Shown one piece after another: positions 9,734 to 21,183 of a stretch of 64,000 nt of DNA (position 1 is the stretch's first letter; the number at the start of each line of letters is the position of its first letter). Where the stretch lies: positions 21,814-85,813 of the forward strand of contig NZ_JBAYPG010000007.1 in the NCBI RefSeq assembly GCF_041677825.1, in the 5' to 3' direction. Under the pieces are notes generated by a model. The model had not been told where the DNA came from, made no database searches, and was given only the letters and a program-made list of their open reading frames with translations. This DNA comes from Castellaniella sp. Its GTDB lineage: Bacteria > Pseudomonadota > Gammaproteobacteria > Burkholderiales > Burkholderiaceae_B. The translations under genes and the position numbers were made by a program.

Positions 9734-9950
9734 GAGCACGGCTCCTGTATGAAACAAACATTAAAAACGGGCTCAGGCACCCGTGACGGGCAGGCCTGAA
9801 GGCCCTGGCAATGGGCCTATTATACCCAAGCCCTGTCAACATACCGCATGCAAGTCTGCATGCATCCCCCGAAAAACAACACTTTCCGGCCGTTCTTCAA
9901 ACCGTTCTGTTGACCAAGATCAAGCATACCCATGGAAAGGCAAGGGGTGA

Positions 9951-9998
9951 TCCGATCTGGCCGACATCCGATCTGGCCGACATCCGATCTGGCCGACA
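9951..9998. repeat. Perfect 16-bp tandem repeat x3 (TCCGATCTGGCCGACA)
   Basis: Read directly from the sequence. The three head-to-tail copies occupy 9951-9966, 9967-9982 and 9983-9998, in the divergent flp / lipoprotein intergenic region. Confidence 0.95.
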
Positions 9999-10060
9999 AT
10001 TGCAGCTCCGTTGCGTCTGGTCTAAGCTGTCGCCTTTGGACCAGGCCCCGGGGAGCCGCC

Positions 10061-10726
10061 ATGATACGCCGCCTTGCCCTGTTCGCCCTGCTGGCTGGCC
10101 TGCTGGCGGGTTGCGCCGGCCGCCTGACATACACCGGCCCGGCCGTACCGGCTGCTCAGGCCGGCAGCGTGCTCTTGCCGTACGGCCTGCAAGCGGGCTG
10201 GGCCCACGCCCTGCAGGCACTGGAAAGACACGGCTACCGCATCCTGCAGGCCGACCCCGCCACGGCCAGCATCACGCTGCAGGTGGCGGGCCTGCCGCAG
10301 CAGTACGTGGACTGCGGTGACGTGCAGTCCATGGTGGCCACGGGCCGCGACAAGATCGTGCGCACCTACACCTTTCCGGCTGCAGCCGGGCAGCAGACCT
10401 ACGAGCAGCTGATGCGCGGCAACATCTACGACGTGAACCGCCGCATGGCCCTGCTGAGCACGGTGCAGGTACACCTGGATGCAGTGGGCAAGGCACAGAC
10501 GCGCGCCAGCGTCCAGGTAGAGTACAAACTCACCCGCACGGTGCAGATCCGCAACGCCACCCAGCGCGACTACCCGGCCATCACCGATACCATCGCCTTC
10601 ACCAGCAAGGCCCAGGGGCGCTTCCCGGGCTTCGACAAGGCCACCCGCTGCGTGGCCACGGGCCAACTGGAGCGGGAAATCCTGAACGCGCTGCAATCAG
10701 GCGGCCAACCCCAGGCCGCAAGATAG
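10061..10726 (+). CDS. Hypothetical lipoprotein
   Basis: ORF 9932..10726 trimmed to the ATG at 10061 (MIRRLALFALLAGLLAGC lipobox), with a GGGGAG Shine-Dalgarno (SD) sequence upstream. I recognised no family motif. Confidence 0.6.
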   Translation: MIRRLALFALLAGLLAGCAGRLTYTGPAVPAAQAGSVLLPYGLQAGWAHALQALERHGYRILQADPATASITLQVAGLPQQYVDCGDVQSMVATGRDKIVRTYTFPAAAGQQTYEQLMRGNIYDVNRRMALLSTVQVHLDAVGKAQTRASVQVEYKLTRTVQIRNATQRDYPAITDTIAFTSKAQGRFPGFDKATRCVATGQLEREILNALQSGGQPQAAR

Positions 10727-10738
10727 CAAGACGATCGT

Positions 10739-12433
10739 TCAGAACAGGCGTTCGGCATAGACAGGCTTGGGAAAATAGCGTGCCCAGGCGTTGCCCGTTT
10801 CAGCAGCTAACTCATCGTCAGAGCGTTGGCAAATGGCATTCACGGCCATCCAGAAGGCATCATCCTCGCCCTCTGTCAATGCACTCAATTCGGACGCCAG
10901 GCAGAACATGGGCTTGTCGTTCAGCCGCCGGGCCAGCGCCGCTGACGCCGCTGGGTCGGGCAGGCGAACATAAGCATTGATGCGGGCGCGCGCTTTCCAC
11001 AGAGGGTAAGAAGGTTGCAGCACGAAGCGCGGAACCGTACCCGCTTCAGGAACGGAACTGAACAAATCCGCGGGTAAAACGTGCCGACGCTGAAACACGC
11101 CCGTCAGGGACGGCTTGTGGTCACCGAAGATGACGACGGCCAGCGGGCGCCCTTTTTTGCGCGCCGCCGCCTCGATCGCGTCGAGGAAGGCCAGCAGGTC
11201 ATCGACGGCAGACGCCAGCCGACGGCGGTAATCCGCTTCCCCGAAGTCACCCGTTTCAGGCACATAATCGCCATGCGAATACATGGTCAGCAAATACATG
11301 AACACGGGCTGATTCGGCGGGAGTGCGTCATATTCCTTGAGGGCCTGCCGGTACAGGATGCCGTCCGGTGGCCAGCTGTCGGCCGGCATGCCAGTCGTAT
11401 CCATGTCTTCGATGAATATGGAACGCTGAAAGCCAAACCTGGGCAGCACGCGATTGCGCTTCCAGAAGCTGGCGTGAAAATTGTGCAAACTCAGGGTTGT
11501 ATAGCCGGCATCGACAAAGCGACGCGCCAGGGTCCGCGCATCCGGGCGATAAAGATCATGAAAATCCTGGTAATCCACCCCCGGAAATACAGCCGATGAA
11601 AGCCCCGTCAGGGTTTCAAATTCGGCTTCTGGGGTATTGCCGCCATACACGGGGCTGAGCAATACAAACGGATCGAAACCATGGCGATCGAGCGCGTGCA
11701 GTGCCGTCCGGAACCGGTCATCCGACGTAGTGAAGCAAGACTCGCACAGGATCATCATCACATCGGGCCGATCGGGCTTCAGCACCAAAGGCGCCTGATG
11801 CACATAGAAATCGTGGGGACCGGGCTGAGGAACCTGCACGGCTTCCGCCGTCATGAGCACATGAGCCAGAACCCCGTTGGCCTGAACATTGCCCACCGGG
11901 TTCCAGCTGTAGTAGCAAATGCTCATGCGGCACAGCGCCTCGCGCGCCGCCTGAGCAACATGTCCTTCGGCCCCCGCATACACCCAGACCAGTAGAAACA
12001 TGGGCAGAGCCAGTGGCAGGCGCCCAGCCAGCTCGCGCCAGCCGCGTCGACGATACTTCCAGCCCAGCACCAACGCCAGCAGGGTCAGGCCTGCAGTAAC
12101 GTACAAGCTGACCGGGGCATATCCCGTGAGCGAAAACGCCTGGCCGATATCCAGCAGATCCCGCGCCGTGACTGGGTCACCGATTTTCTCGATCTTGATT
12201 TGACCGGCCTGCAACAGCAACATTTCCAGGCCCAGGCTGACGCAGGCCGCCCACAGAGGGTGGATGAAAATGGCCACCACGTAGAACAGCAGCAGAGAAA
12301 ACAGGAAAGGTACAAACGCCTGCAAAAGCGTCTGGGCATGACCATCGAAATACATGGTCAAAATCCAGCGCCCCGCGATCAATATCCCGTAGGGCAACAG
12401 GGTCAGACCTATCCGTCCCGGTGCCCTACGCAT
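10739..12433 (-). CDS. LtaS/sulfatase-family membrane protein (phosphoglycerol- or phosphoethanolamine-transferase-like)
   Basis: 564-aa ORF. The N-terminal part has several TM segments. The C-terminal part carries alkaline-phosphatase-superfamily motifs (MMILCESCF, GGNTPEAEFETLTGL, MYSHGDY). Confidence 0.7.
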   Translation of the reverse strand: MRRAPGRIGLTLLPYGILIAGRWILTMYFDGHAQTLLQAFVPFLFSLLLFYVVAIFIHPLWAACVSLGLEMLLLQAGQIKIEKIGDPVTARDLLDIGQAFSLTGYAPVSLYVTAGLTLLALVLGWKYRRRGWRELAGRLPLALPMFLLVWVYAGAEGHVAQAAREALCRMSICYYSWNPVGNVQANGVLAHVLMTAEAVQVPQPGPHDFYVHQAPLVLKPDRPDVMMILCESCFTTSDDRFRTALHALDRHGFDPFVLLSPVYGGNTPEAEFETLTGLSSAVFPGVDYQDFHDLYRPDARTLARRFVDAGYTTLSLHNFHASFWKRNRVLPRFGFQRSIFIEDMDTTGMPADSWPPDGILYRQALKEYDALPPNQPVFMYLLTMYSHGDYVPETGDFGEADYRRRLASAVDDLLAFLDAIEAAARKKGRPLAVVIFGDHKPSLTGVFQRRHVLPADLFSSVPEAGTVPRFVLQPSYPLWKARARINAYVRLPDPAASAALARRLNDKPMFCLASELSALTEGEDDAFWMAVNAICQRSDDELAAETGNAWARYFPKPVYAERLF

Positions 12434-12468
12434 CGCTCACCACCCCCTGGTCATGCACCGCATCGCGT

Positions 12469-13533
12469 TCATCCCCCCACTGCGATCATTGCCGGCGGCC
12501 CCAGGCTCTCGCCGGGCACGAAGACGGCCTGCATGGGCACGGTCGGCGCCACGGGCTGGCCCTCGACGAGCCGGACGATGAGTTCTGCGGCGCGGCGGCC
12601 GATCTCGGGCGCGGGCACGCGCACCGTGGTCAGCGCCGGCTGCAGCATGGCGGCCTCTTCGATGCCGTCGAAGCCGATCAGGGAGATTTCGTCGGGCACG
12701 CGCACGCCCATGCGGCGGCACTCGTCCAGCGCCCCCATGGCGAGCAGGTCGGTGCCAAAGAGAATCACCGATGGCCGCTGCGCCAGGGCCCAGTAATGCC
12801 GGATCGCCGCCCGCCCGCCATCGTAGGAGAACGGGAACTCGACGATCCATTCGTCGCGCACCTCGGCCCCCGCCTCGGCGACCGCCGCCAGGATGCCCTT
12901 GCGCCGGCAGCGGGCCCGTTCGTTGCGCGTGATGTCGCCGCCGCAGATGCCCAGGTGCCGGTGCCCCAGGGCCAGGGCCTTGCTTGCCAGCAGATGGGCC
13001 GTATCGAAGTTCGAGACCCCCACGCAGTACGGGTGCGGGCTTTCGTCGACCGACCAGGTCAGGACATAGGGCAGCTGGTACTGGTCCAGCATCGCGTACA
13101 CCGAAGCCGGGTGGTCAGTACCGACCATGATCAGGCCGTCGATGCCGCGCTCGAGCGCGGTGCGGATGAACGCGGCCTCGTCTTCGGCGTGGTATTCGTG
13201 GCTGACGATCAGCAACTGGTAGCCCAGCGACCAGAGCGTCTGCTGGATGGAGTGCGTGGAGTGGGCGAAGATCGGGTTGTTCAGCGTCGGGTATACCGCG
13301 GCGATGGTCTGGGTGCGCCGCGACGCCAGGGCCCGTGCGGCACCGTCGCGGATGTACCCCAGCTGCGCCACGGCCTGGTTCACGGCCTGCAGCGTCCGGG
13401 GCCTGACCTGGGCCGGATTGGAGAGCGCCCGCGAGGCGCTGCCCAGCGACACACCGGCCAGGCGCGCGACATCCGCCAGCGTGGGGCGGCGCGCACTCTT
13501 ACGGGTTTGTACGGACGGCTCGCTCATTGACAA
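12469..13533 (-). CDS. LacI-family transcriptional regulator
   Basis: N-terminal HTH (PTLADVARLAGVSLGSASRALSNP...) followed by a periplasmic-binding-protein-like effector domain. The gene is divergent from the ABC transporter operon. Confidence 0.85.
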   Translation of the reverse strand: MSMSEPSVQTRKSARRPTLADVARLAGVSLGSASRALSNPAQVRPRTLQAVNQAVAQLGYIRDGAARALASRRTQTIAAVYPTLNNPIFAHSTHSIQQTLWSLGYQLLIVSHEYHAEDEAAFIRTALERGIDGLIMVGTDHPASVYAMLDQYQLPYVLTWSVDESPHPYCVGVSNFDTAHLLASKALALGHRHLGICGGDITRNERARCRRKGILAAVAEAGAEVRDEWIVEFPFSYDGGRAAIRHYWALAQRPSVILFGTDLLAMGALDECRRMGVRVPDEISLIGFDGIEEAAMLQPALTTVRVPAPEIGRRAAELIVRLVEGQPVAPTVPMQAVFVPGESLGPPAMIAVGG

Positions 13534-13807
13534 GGTGTTTGCTTATCGCAATAATTTGCTCACGGACGAAAATGAAGCGCTTCAAGTTGGCTGCGCGAAC
13601 AATCCTTCCGTGTCTGGAAGGGTGCCCCGCGAGGCATCGCGAGGGGGCTTCTGGCGCCTCATGCGTCCATCGAGATGGGTCGGGTGTCCCCGCGTGCAGC
13701 AGTATATGCGAAGCGTCTGCGTCTTGCACGGCACTGCTGGCCAGGGCCGCCCGGCTCGACCCTATTACCCGGGTGTGGCAAACGCTCGGGGCCAAAGGAG
13801 TGTAGAC

Positions 13808-15001
13808 ATGAAATATAGAATGCTGATTCTTGCACTGGCAACGAGCGCGATGGCGGCGTCGGCCAGTGCGGCCACCGTGAAGATCGGGGCGCTGTACCCG
13901 TTCAGCGGCGGCCTGGCGTCGCTGGGCCAGGAAAGCTTCCGCGGCCTGGAGCTGGCCGTCAACCAGCGCAACGCCGCCGGCGGCGTCAATGGCCAGCAGA
14001 TCGAGCTGGTAAAAGTGGATGCGGTCGACCCCAACCAGGCGGTGGCGGGCGCCAAGCAGCTGGTCTCCGATGAGGTCGCCGCCATCTTCGGCACCTATGC
14101 CTCGGGCCTGTCGTACGCGGCCACGCCGGTGGCCGAGCTGGCCGGCATCCCCTACTTCGAACTGGGCGCCGTGTCGCAAAAGATCACGACGCGCGGCTAT
14201 CAATACCTGTTCCGCAGCAACTCGACCACGGTGACCTACGGCACGGCGATCCTCGATACCCTGCGCGATTCGATCGCCCCGGGCATGGGGCTGAAGCCCG
14301 AAGACATCCGCATCGGCATCATCCACGAAGACGGCCCCTACGGGTCCGACGTGGCGGCCACCGAAGAAGCGCACGCCAAAGAGCTGGGCCTCAAGGTGGT
14401 CGAGAAGCTGCCCTACTCCGCCAAGGCGGTGGACCTGTCCTCGCTCATCCTGCGGCTCAAGGGCAGCGATGCCAATGTGGTGCTGCAGACCTCCTACCAG
14501 AATGACTCGGTGCTGTACTTCCGCCAGGCCAAAGAAGCCAATTTCAATCCGACCATCGTGATCGGGGCCGGCGGGGGCTACTCGCTGGTGGATACGGCCA
14601 AGGCGGTGGGGCCCGACATCAACGGCGTCTTCGACATGGACTTCCCGCAGATCACCATCAACCCGGCAGGGGCGCCCGGGCTGGACCGCTTCCTGGCCGA
14701 TTATCAGTCGACCTACAACGGCTCGCCGCAATCCGGCCACAGCCTGGCCAACTACGTGGGTGCCGTGGGCTTTCTCGAGGCCATGGACCGGGCGGGTTCA
14801 TTCGACAAGGACAAGGTGCGTGCAGCGGTCATGGCCTACGAGGTACCGGTGGGGCAGACGGCCAATGGCTGGGGCTTCAAGTTCGATGAAGACGGCCAGA
14901 ACACCAGGGCCGACCTCTACCTGATGCAGTGGCAGGATGGCGTCCTGAAGACCATCGCGCCCGAGAATGTGGCCCAGGCCGAACCAATCTACAAGCACTG
15001 A
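13808..15001 (+). CDS. ABC transporter substrate-binding protein, Leu/Ile/Val-binding (Liv) family
   Basis: ORF 13247..15001 trimmed to the ATG at 13808 (MKYRMLILALATSAMAASASA signal peptide). The VKIGALYPFSGGLASLG...VNGQQIELV pattern is typical of this family. Confidence 0.85.
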   Translation: MKYRMLILALATSAMAASASAATVKIGALYPFSGGLASLGQESFRGLELAVNQRNAAGGVNGQQIELVKVDAVDPNQAVAGAKQLVSDEVAAIFGTYASGLSYAATPVAELAGIPYFELGAVSQKITTRGYQYLFRSNSTTVTYGTAILDTLRDSIAPGMGLKPEDIRIGIIHEDGPYGSDVAATEEAHAKELGLKVVEKLPYSAKAVDLSSLILRLKGSDANVVLQTSYQNDSVLYFRQAKEANFNPTIVIGAGGGYSLVDTAKAVGPDINGVFDMDFPQITINPAGAPGLDRFLADYQSTYNGSPQSGHSLANYVGAVGFLEAMDRAGSFDKDKVRAAVMAYEVPVGQTANGWGFKFDEDGQNTRADLYLMQWQDGVLKTIAPENVAQAEPIYKH

Positions 15002-15107
15002 GCAACGGGCATCCGGCGGCCCCTGAGCGGGCCGCCCGCCCGCCACCCGGCCAACCTGGCCAGCCCGGCGCACTGCCTTCGCCGGGACGCATTCCGGAAC
15101 GGGGTTC

Positions 15108-15974
15108 ATGGATATTTTCTTGCAGCTGTTGATCAACGGCATTCTGCTGGGGGGCGTGTACGCCATCATCAGCCTGGGCCTGACGCTCATCTTCGGGGTG
15201 GTGCGCGTGGTCAATTTCGCCCATGGCGAATTCCTGATGGTGGGCATGTACCTGATCTACCTGATGGCCCACTACCTGGGCCTGCATCCCTACGTGGCCC
15301 TGGTGCCGGCGGCCATCATTCTGTTTGCGCTGGGGGCCTTCATGCAGAAGGTGGTCATCGAGCCCCTGCTCGATGCCAGCGAGGAAATCCAGATCTTTGC
15401 CACGGTGGGCGTCTCCATCATGCTCATGAACCTGGCGCTGGTCATCTTCGGCGCCGATGTCTTTCGCGCCCACGTGACGCTGGGCACCACGTCGCTCACC
15501 GTGGGCCCGCTGTCACTGCTGACCGGGCAGATCTTCACTTTCGTGGTGGCGGTGGCCCTGGCCATTTTCCTGCACCTGTTCATGCACCGCACCTACCTCG
15601 GGCGCGCCCTGCGGGCCGTGGCCCAGCACCGCTACGCCGCCCAGCTGATGGGCATCAACGTGCGCGCGGTGTACATCTTCGCCTTCGGGCTGGGCACGGC
15701 CTTCGTGGGCATTGCCGCGGGCCTGCTGGCGCCGCAATATCCGGTGTTTCCCACGGTCGGCTCGTACTTCGTGCTCACCGCCTTCGTGATCGTCGTGCTG
15801 GGCGGCATGGGCAACCTGTACGGCGCCATGGCCGGGTCGCTGATCATCGGCGTGGTGGACACGATGGCCGGTTATTACATTTCGCCGGATCTCAAGGAAG
15901 TCGTCTATTTCGGCGTCTTCCTGCTGATCCTCATCTTGCGTCCCAGCGGGCTGTTCGGCCTGGGCACGGACTGA
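15108..15974 (+). CDS. Branched-chain amino acid-type ABC permease (LivH-like)
   Basis: 288-aa polytopic ORF with the N-terminal pattern QLLINGILLGGVYAIISLGLTLIFG characteristic of LivH. Confidence 0.85.
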   Translation: MDIFLQLLINGILLGGVYAIISLGLTLIFGVVRVVNFAHGEFLMVGMYLIYLMAHYLGLHPYVALVPAAIILFALGAFMQKVVIEPLLDASEEIQIFATVGVSIMLMNLALVIFGADVFRAHVTLGTTSLTVGPLSLLTGQIFTFVVAVALAIFLHLFMHRTYLGRALRAVAQHRYAAQLMGINVRAVYIFAFGLGTAFVGIAAGLLAPQYPVFPTVGSYFVLTAFVIVVLGGMGNLYGAMAGSLIIGVVDTMAGYYISPDLKEVVYFGVFLLILILRPSGLFGLGTD

Positions 15975-15993
15975 CACACCAGGAGCGCCAGCC

Positions 15994-17767
<1,774 letters not shown>

Positions 17768-17775
<8 letters not shown>

Positions 17776-18472
17776 GGTCACCAACCTGTGCGCGGGCTAT
17801 GGCAAGACCCAGGTCCTCGAGCGCCTGAATTTCCACGTCGAGGCGGGCGAGGTGGTGACGCTGATCGGCGCCAACGGGGCCGGCAAGACGACCACGCTCA
17901 AGACGCTGTGCGGTATCCTGAAGGCCACCGAAGGCCGCGTGGCATTCGAGGGCCGCGAACTGACCCGGCTGCGCTCCTACGAGATCGTGGACGCCGGGAT
18001 CACCATGATCCCCGAAGGCCGCCAGCTGTTCCCGAACTTCACCGTGCGCGATAATCTGATCATGGGTACGTACAAGCGCGCGGCCCGGACGGGCGTGCAA
18101 CAGCGCATGGACGCCGTACTCGAACGGTTTCCCCGGGTGCGGGAACGGCTGGGGCAGTTGGCCGGCTCGCTGTCGGGCGGCGAGCAGCAGATGGTGGCCA
18201 TCGCCCGCGGCCTGATGGCGCAGCCCAGGCTGCTGGTGTTCGACGAACCCTCCGTGGGCCTGTCGCCGCTGCTGGTCGAGCAGATGTTCGAGATCATCCG
18301 CCAGATCGCGGCCGACGGGGTCACGGTGCTGCTCGTCGAACAGAATGTGTTTCAGACGCTGCAGCTGGTCGACCGCGGCTACGTACTCGAAAACGGGCGC
18401 ATCGTGCTCGAAGGCAGCGGGCCCGACCTCTTGGCCGATCCGCACGTCAAGCGGGCCTACCTCGGACACTGA
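17768..18472 (+). CDS. ABC transporter ATP-binding protein (LivF-like)
   Basis: Walker A GANGAGKTTTLK, signature LSGGEQQMVAIARGL and Walker B LLVFDEPSVGL. Confidence 0.9.
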
Positions 18473-18526
18473 AGCCGGTGCCGAATGCGCACCGGATGTT
18501 TTTCGCAACACAGATGAAGGATTGAC

Positions 18527-19519
18527 ATGAAACTGATAGATCACGGCCGGGGCGGCAATGCAGACGTACTGCGCGTGGTGGATGCCGCGACACCGCAGCC
18601 GGGCGCCGGGCAGGTACTGATCGCCGTGCACTACGCCGGCGTCAACCGCCCCGACATCCTGCAGCGTTCGGGCTCCTATCCGCCGCCCGCCGATGCCTCG
18701 CCGTACCTGGGCCTGGAGGTCTCGGGTGAAATTGCGGCACTGGGCGAAGGGGTCACGCAGTGGCAGGTGGGCGACCGGGTCTGTGCACTCACGCCGGGTG
18801 GCGGCTACGCCGAGTTCTGCATCGTCGACGCCGGCCATTGCCTGCCGATCCCGCAGGGCCTGTCCATGCTGCAGGCCAGCGCCCTGCCCGAAACCTACCT
18901 GACCGTCTGGACCAATCTGTTCCAGCGCGGCCGCCTGCAGGCGGGTGAAAGCATGCTGGTCCATGGCGGCTCGAGCGGCATCGGCCTGACCGCCATTCAA
19001 CTGGCCAAGGCCCACGGGGCCCGCGTGTTCACCACGGTCGGCAATGCCGACAAAGAGCGCGCCTGCCTGCAGTACGGCGCCGATGTCGCCATCAACTACC
19101 ACGAGGTGGATTTCACCGATGTCGTGGCGCGTGAAACCGGGGGCCAGGGGGTGGACGTGATCCTCGACATGGTGGGTGGCGACTACATCGAGCGCAATAT
19201 CCAGTCATTGGCCCTCGAAGGCCGGCTGGTGCAGATCGCCTTCCTGGAAGGCAGCCGCATCAAGCTGGATGCCATGCCCATCATGCTCCGGCGCCTGACC
19301 TTCACGGGGTCCACCCTGCGCGCCCGCTCGGTGGCCCAGAAATCGGCGCTGGTGGCCGACGTGCGCGAACGCGTATGGCCGATCCTGGCCTCCGGCCGCT
19401 GCCTGCCGGTGATCTGCAAGGTGTTCCCCTTCGACCAGGTGCAAGAGGCGCATCGCCTGATGGAAAGCAGCCGGCACATCGGCAAGATCATCCTCCAGGT
19501 GCAGGGGGATCCGGCATGA
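18527..19519 (+). CDS. NAD(P)H:quinone oxidoreductase, MDR superfamily (PIG3-like)
   Basis: 330-aa ORF with the GVNRPDILQRSGSYPPP motif and a GGSSGIGLTAIQLAK nucleotide-binding motif. Confidence 0.85.
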   Translation: MKLIDHGRGGNADVLRVVDAATPQPGAGQVLIAVHYAGVNRPDILQRSGSYPPPADASPYLGLEVSGEIAALGEGVTQWQVGDRVCALTPGGGYAEFCIVDAGHCLPIPQGLSMLQASALPETYLTVWTNLFQRGRLQAGESMLVHGGSSGIGLTAIQLAKAHGARVFTTVGNADKERACLQYGADVAINYHEVDFTDVVARETGGQGVDVILDMVGGDYIERNIQSLALEGRLVQIAFLEGSRIKLDAMPIMLRRLTFTGSTLRARSVAQKSALVADVRERVWPILASGRCLPVICKVFPFDQVQEAHRLMESSRHIGKIILQVQGDPA

Positions 19520-20280
19520 GGCATGCGGGCAGAACGGTGCTGGTCACCGGGGGCACCGGCGGTATAGGCAGCGCCATCGTGGCGCAGTATCTTGCCGAAG
19601 GCGCCCGCGTGGCGATTGTCGATCTCGACGCCGCGCGCGGCCAGGCGCAATCCGATGAACTCGCGGCCCAAGGCCACGACGTCGTCTTCGTGGCCGCCGA
19701 CGTGGGCACTTTCAAAGGCTGCCAGCAGGCGGTCGAGCAGGCGCGTGCGGCTCTGGGCGAGATCGATACGCTGATCAACAACGCCGGCATTTCCCCCAAG
19801 CACGCCGGCCATCCGGCCGCGGTCGGCGAGATGGCCCCCGAAGAATGGGATCGGGTGGTCGCCGTCAACCTCAGCGCGGCCTTCTATCTCACCCGCCTGC
19901 TGGCGCCCGGCATGCAGCAGCGCGGCTTCGGGCGCATCGTCTCGATGTCCTCGGTGGCGGGCAAGGCCGCCCTGGCCGACATCGTGGCGATCCATTACAG
20001 CACCACCAAGGCGGCCCTGATCGGCTTCACGCGGCACGCGGCGGCCGAACTGGGCCCCTACGGGATCACGGTCAATGCCATTGCGCCGGGGCGCATCGAC
20101 ACACCGCTGCTGAAGACCGTGGCCCAACAGGCCAATGACGCCGTGATCGCCCAGACGGCGCTGCGCCGCCTGGGCGAGCCCTCCGAAGTCGCGCAGACCT
20201 GCGCCTTCCTGACATCGAACGAAGCCGACTTCGTGACGGGGCAGGTGGTGGACGTCGCCGGCGGCTGGCTGATGACCTGA
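19516..20280 (+). CDS. SDR-family oxidoreductase (FabG-like)
   Basis: ORF trimmed to the ATG at 19516, which forms an ATGA overlap with the upstream stop. Contains TGGTGGIGSAI, NNAG and a Y-x3-K context (HYSTTKAAL). Confidence 0.85.
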   Translation: MRHAGRTVLVTGGTGGIGSAIVAQYLAEGARVAIVDLDAARGQAQSDELAAQGHDVVFVAADVGTFKGCQQAVEQARAALGEIDTLINNAGISPKHAGHPAAVGEMAPEEWDRVVAVNLSAAFYLTRLLAPGMQQRGFGRIVSMSSVAGKAALADIVAIHYSTTKAALIGFTRHAAAELGPYGITVNAIAPGRIDTPLLKTVAQQANDAVIAQTALRRLGEPSEVAQTCAFLTSNEADFVTGQVVDVAGGWLMT

Positions 20281-20364
20281 CGATCAACAATGGGCCGGCG
20301 CCGGCCCGCCTGCGAGCCCCGGCGCCGGCCGGACACCGGCCGCAGACCAACGGAACACGATGAA

Positions 20365-21171
20365 ATGATTACTGGAAACACACGGCTTTATGCCATCTTG
20401 GCCGATCCGGTGGCGCAGGTGCGCACGCCGCAGGTCATCAATGCCTGGTTCCGCGAGCATCAGGTCGATGCCGTGCTGGTGCCCATGCACGTGCCGGCCG
20501 GCGATCTGGACGCGGTGCTGGATGCCCTGCGCCGGATGCGCAACCTGGGGGGCTTCATCGTCACCGTACCCCACAAGACGGCAATCGCCGAACGCTGCGA
20601 CGAACTCGGCCCGGCCGGGCAGGCGATCGGCTCGGTGAACACCGTGCGCCGCACAGCCGATGGCCGCCTGGTGGGCGAGATGTTCGATGGCGCCGGGTTC
20701 GTGAGCGGCCTGCAGACCCAGGGGCACGACCTGGCCCACAAGCGGGTCCTGCTGCTGGGGGCCGGCGGGGCGGGATCGGCCATTGCCTTCGCCCTGGCCC
20801 AGGCGGGCGCGGCCTCGGTGACGGTGGCCAACCGCACGCCGGCCAGGGCCCACGCCCTGGTCGAGCGGGTGCGCAAGGCGCTGCCACAGGCCACCATCGA
20901 GGCTGGCGCGCCCGAACCCGAAGGCCATGACATCATCGTCAATGCCACGTCCCTGGGCATGCGCGCCGAAGATGCCCTGCCGCTCGATGTCGAACGCCTG
21001 GCGCCTGACATGCTGGTGGCCGAGATCATCATGAAACCCGAGCAGACCCGCCTGCTCGATGAAGCCCAACGGCGCGGCTGCCCGATCCACCACGGGCGCC
21101 ACATGCTGGACCGGCAGGTGGCGCTGATGACGCAGTTTCTGCTGCAGGGCCAGCCCGAGGCAGTGAACTGA
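20365..21171 (+). CDS. Shikimate/quinate dehydrogenase-family protein
   Basis: ORF trimmed to the ATG at 20365. Contains the AroE-family patterns FIVTVPHK, SVNTV and GAGGAGSAIAFAL. Confidence 0.8.
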   Translation: MITGNTRLYAILADPVAQVRTPQVINAWFREHQVDAVLVPMHVPAGDLDAVLDALRRMRNLGGFIVTVPHKTAIAERCDELGPAGQAIGSVNTVRRTADGRLVGEMFDGAGFVSGLQTQGHDLAHKRVLLLGAGGAGSAIAFALAQAGAASVTVANRTPARAHALVERVRKALPQATIEAGAPEPEGHDIIVNATSLGMRAEDALPLDVERLAPDMLVAEIIMKPEQTRLLDEAQRRGCPIHHGRHMLDRQVALMTQFLLQGQPEAVN

Positions 21172-21183
21172 GAGGCACCGAAG

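Noticed and set aside
9846-9863. 7-4-7 palindrome GCATGCA-AGTC-TGCATGC upstream of flp as a regulator site
   Set aside because: It is short and built on the self-complementary GCATGC core, which arises easily by chance. I have no supporting evidence. It is mentioned only for completeness.
13247-13807. Long N-terminal extension of the substrate-binding-protein ORF (track start 13247)
   Set aside because: The extension overlaps the LacI gene on the opposite strand and precedes an obvious signal peptide starting at the ATG at 13808.
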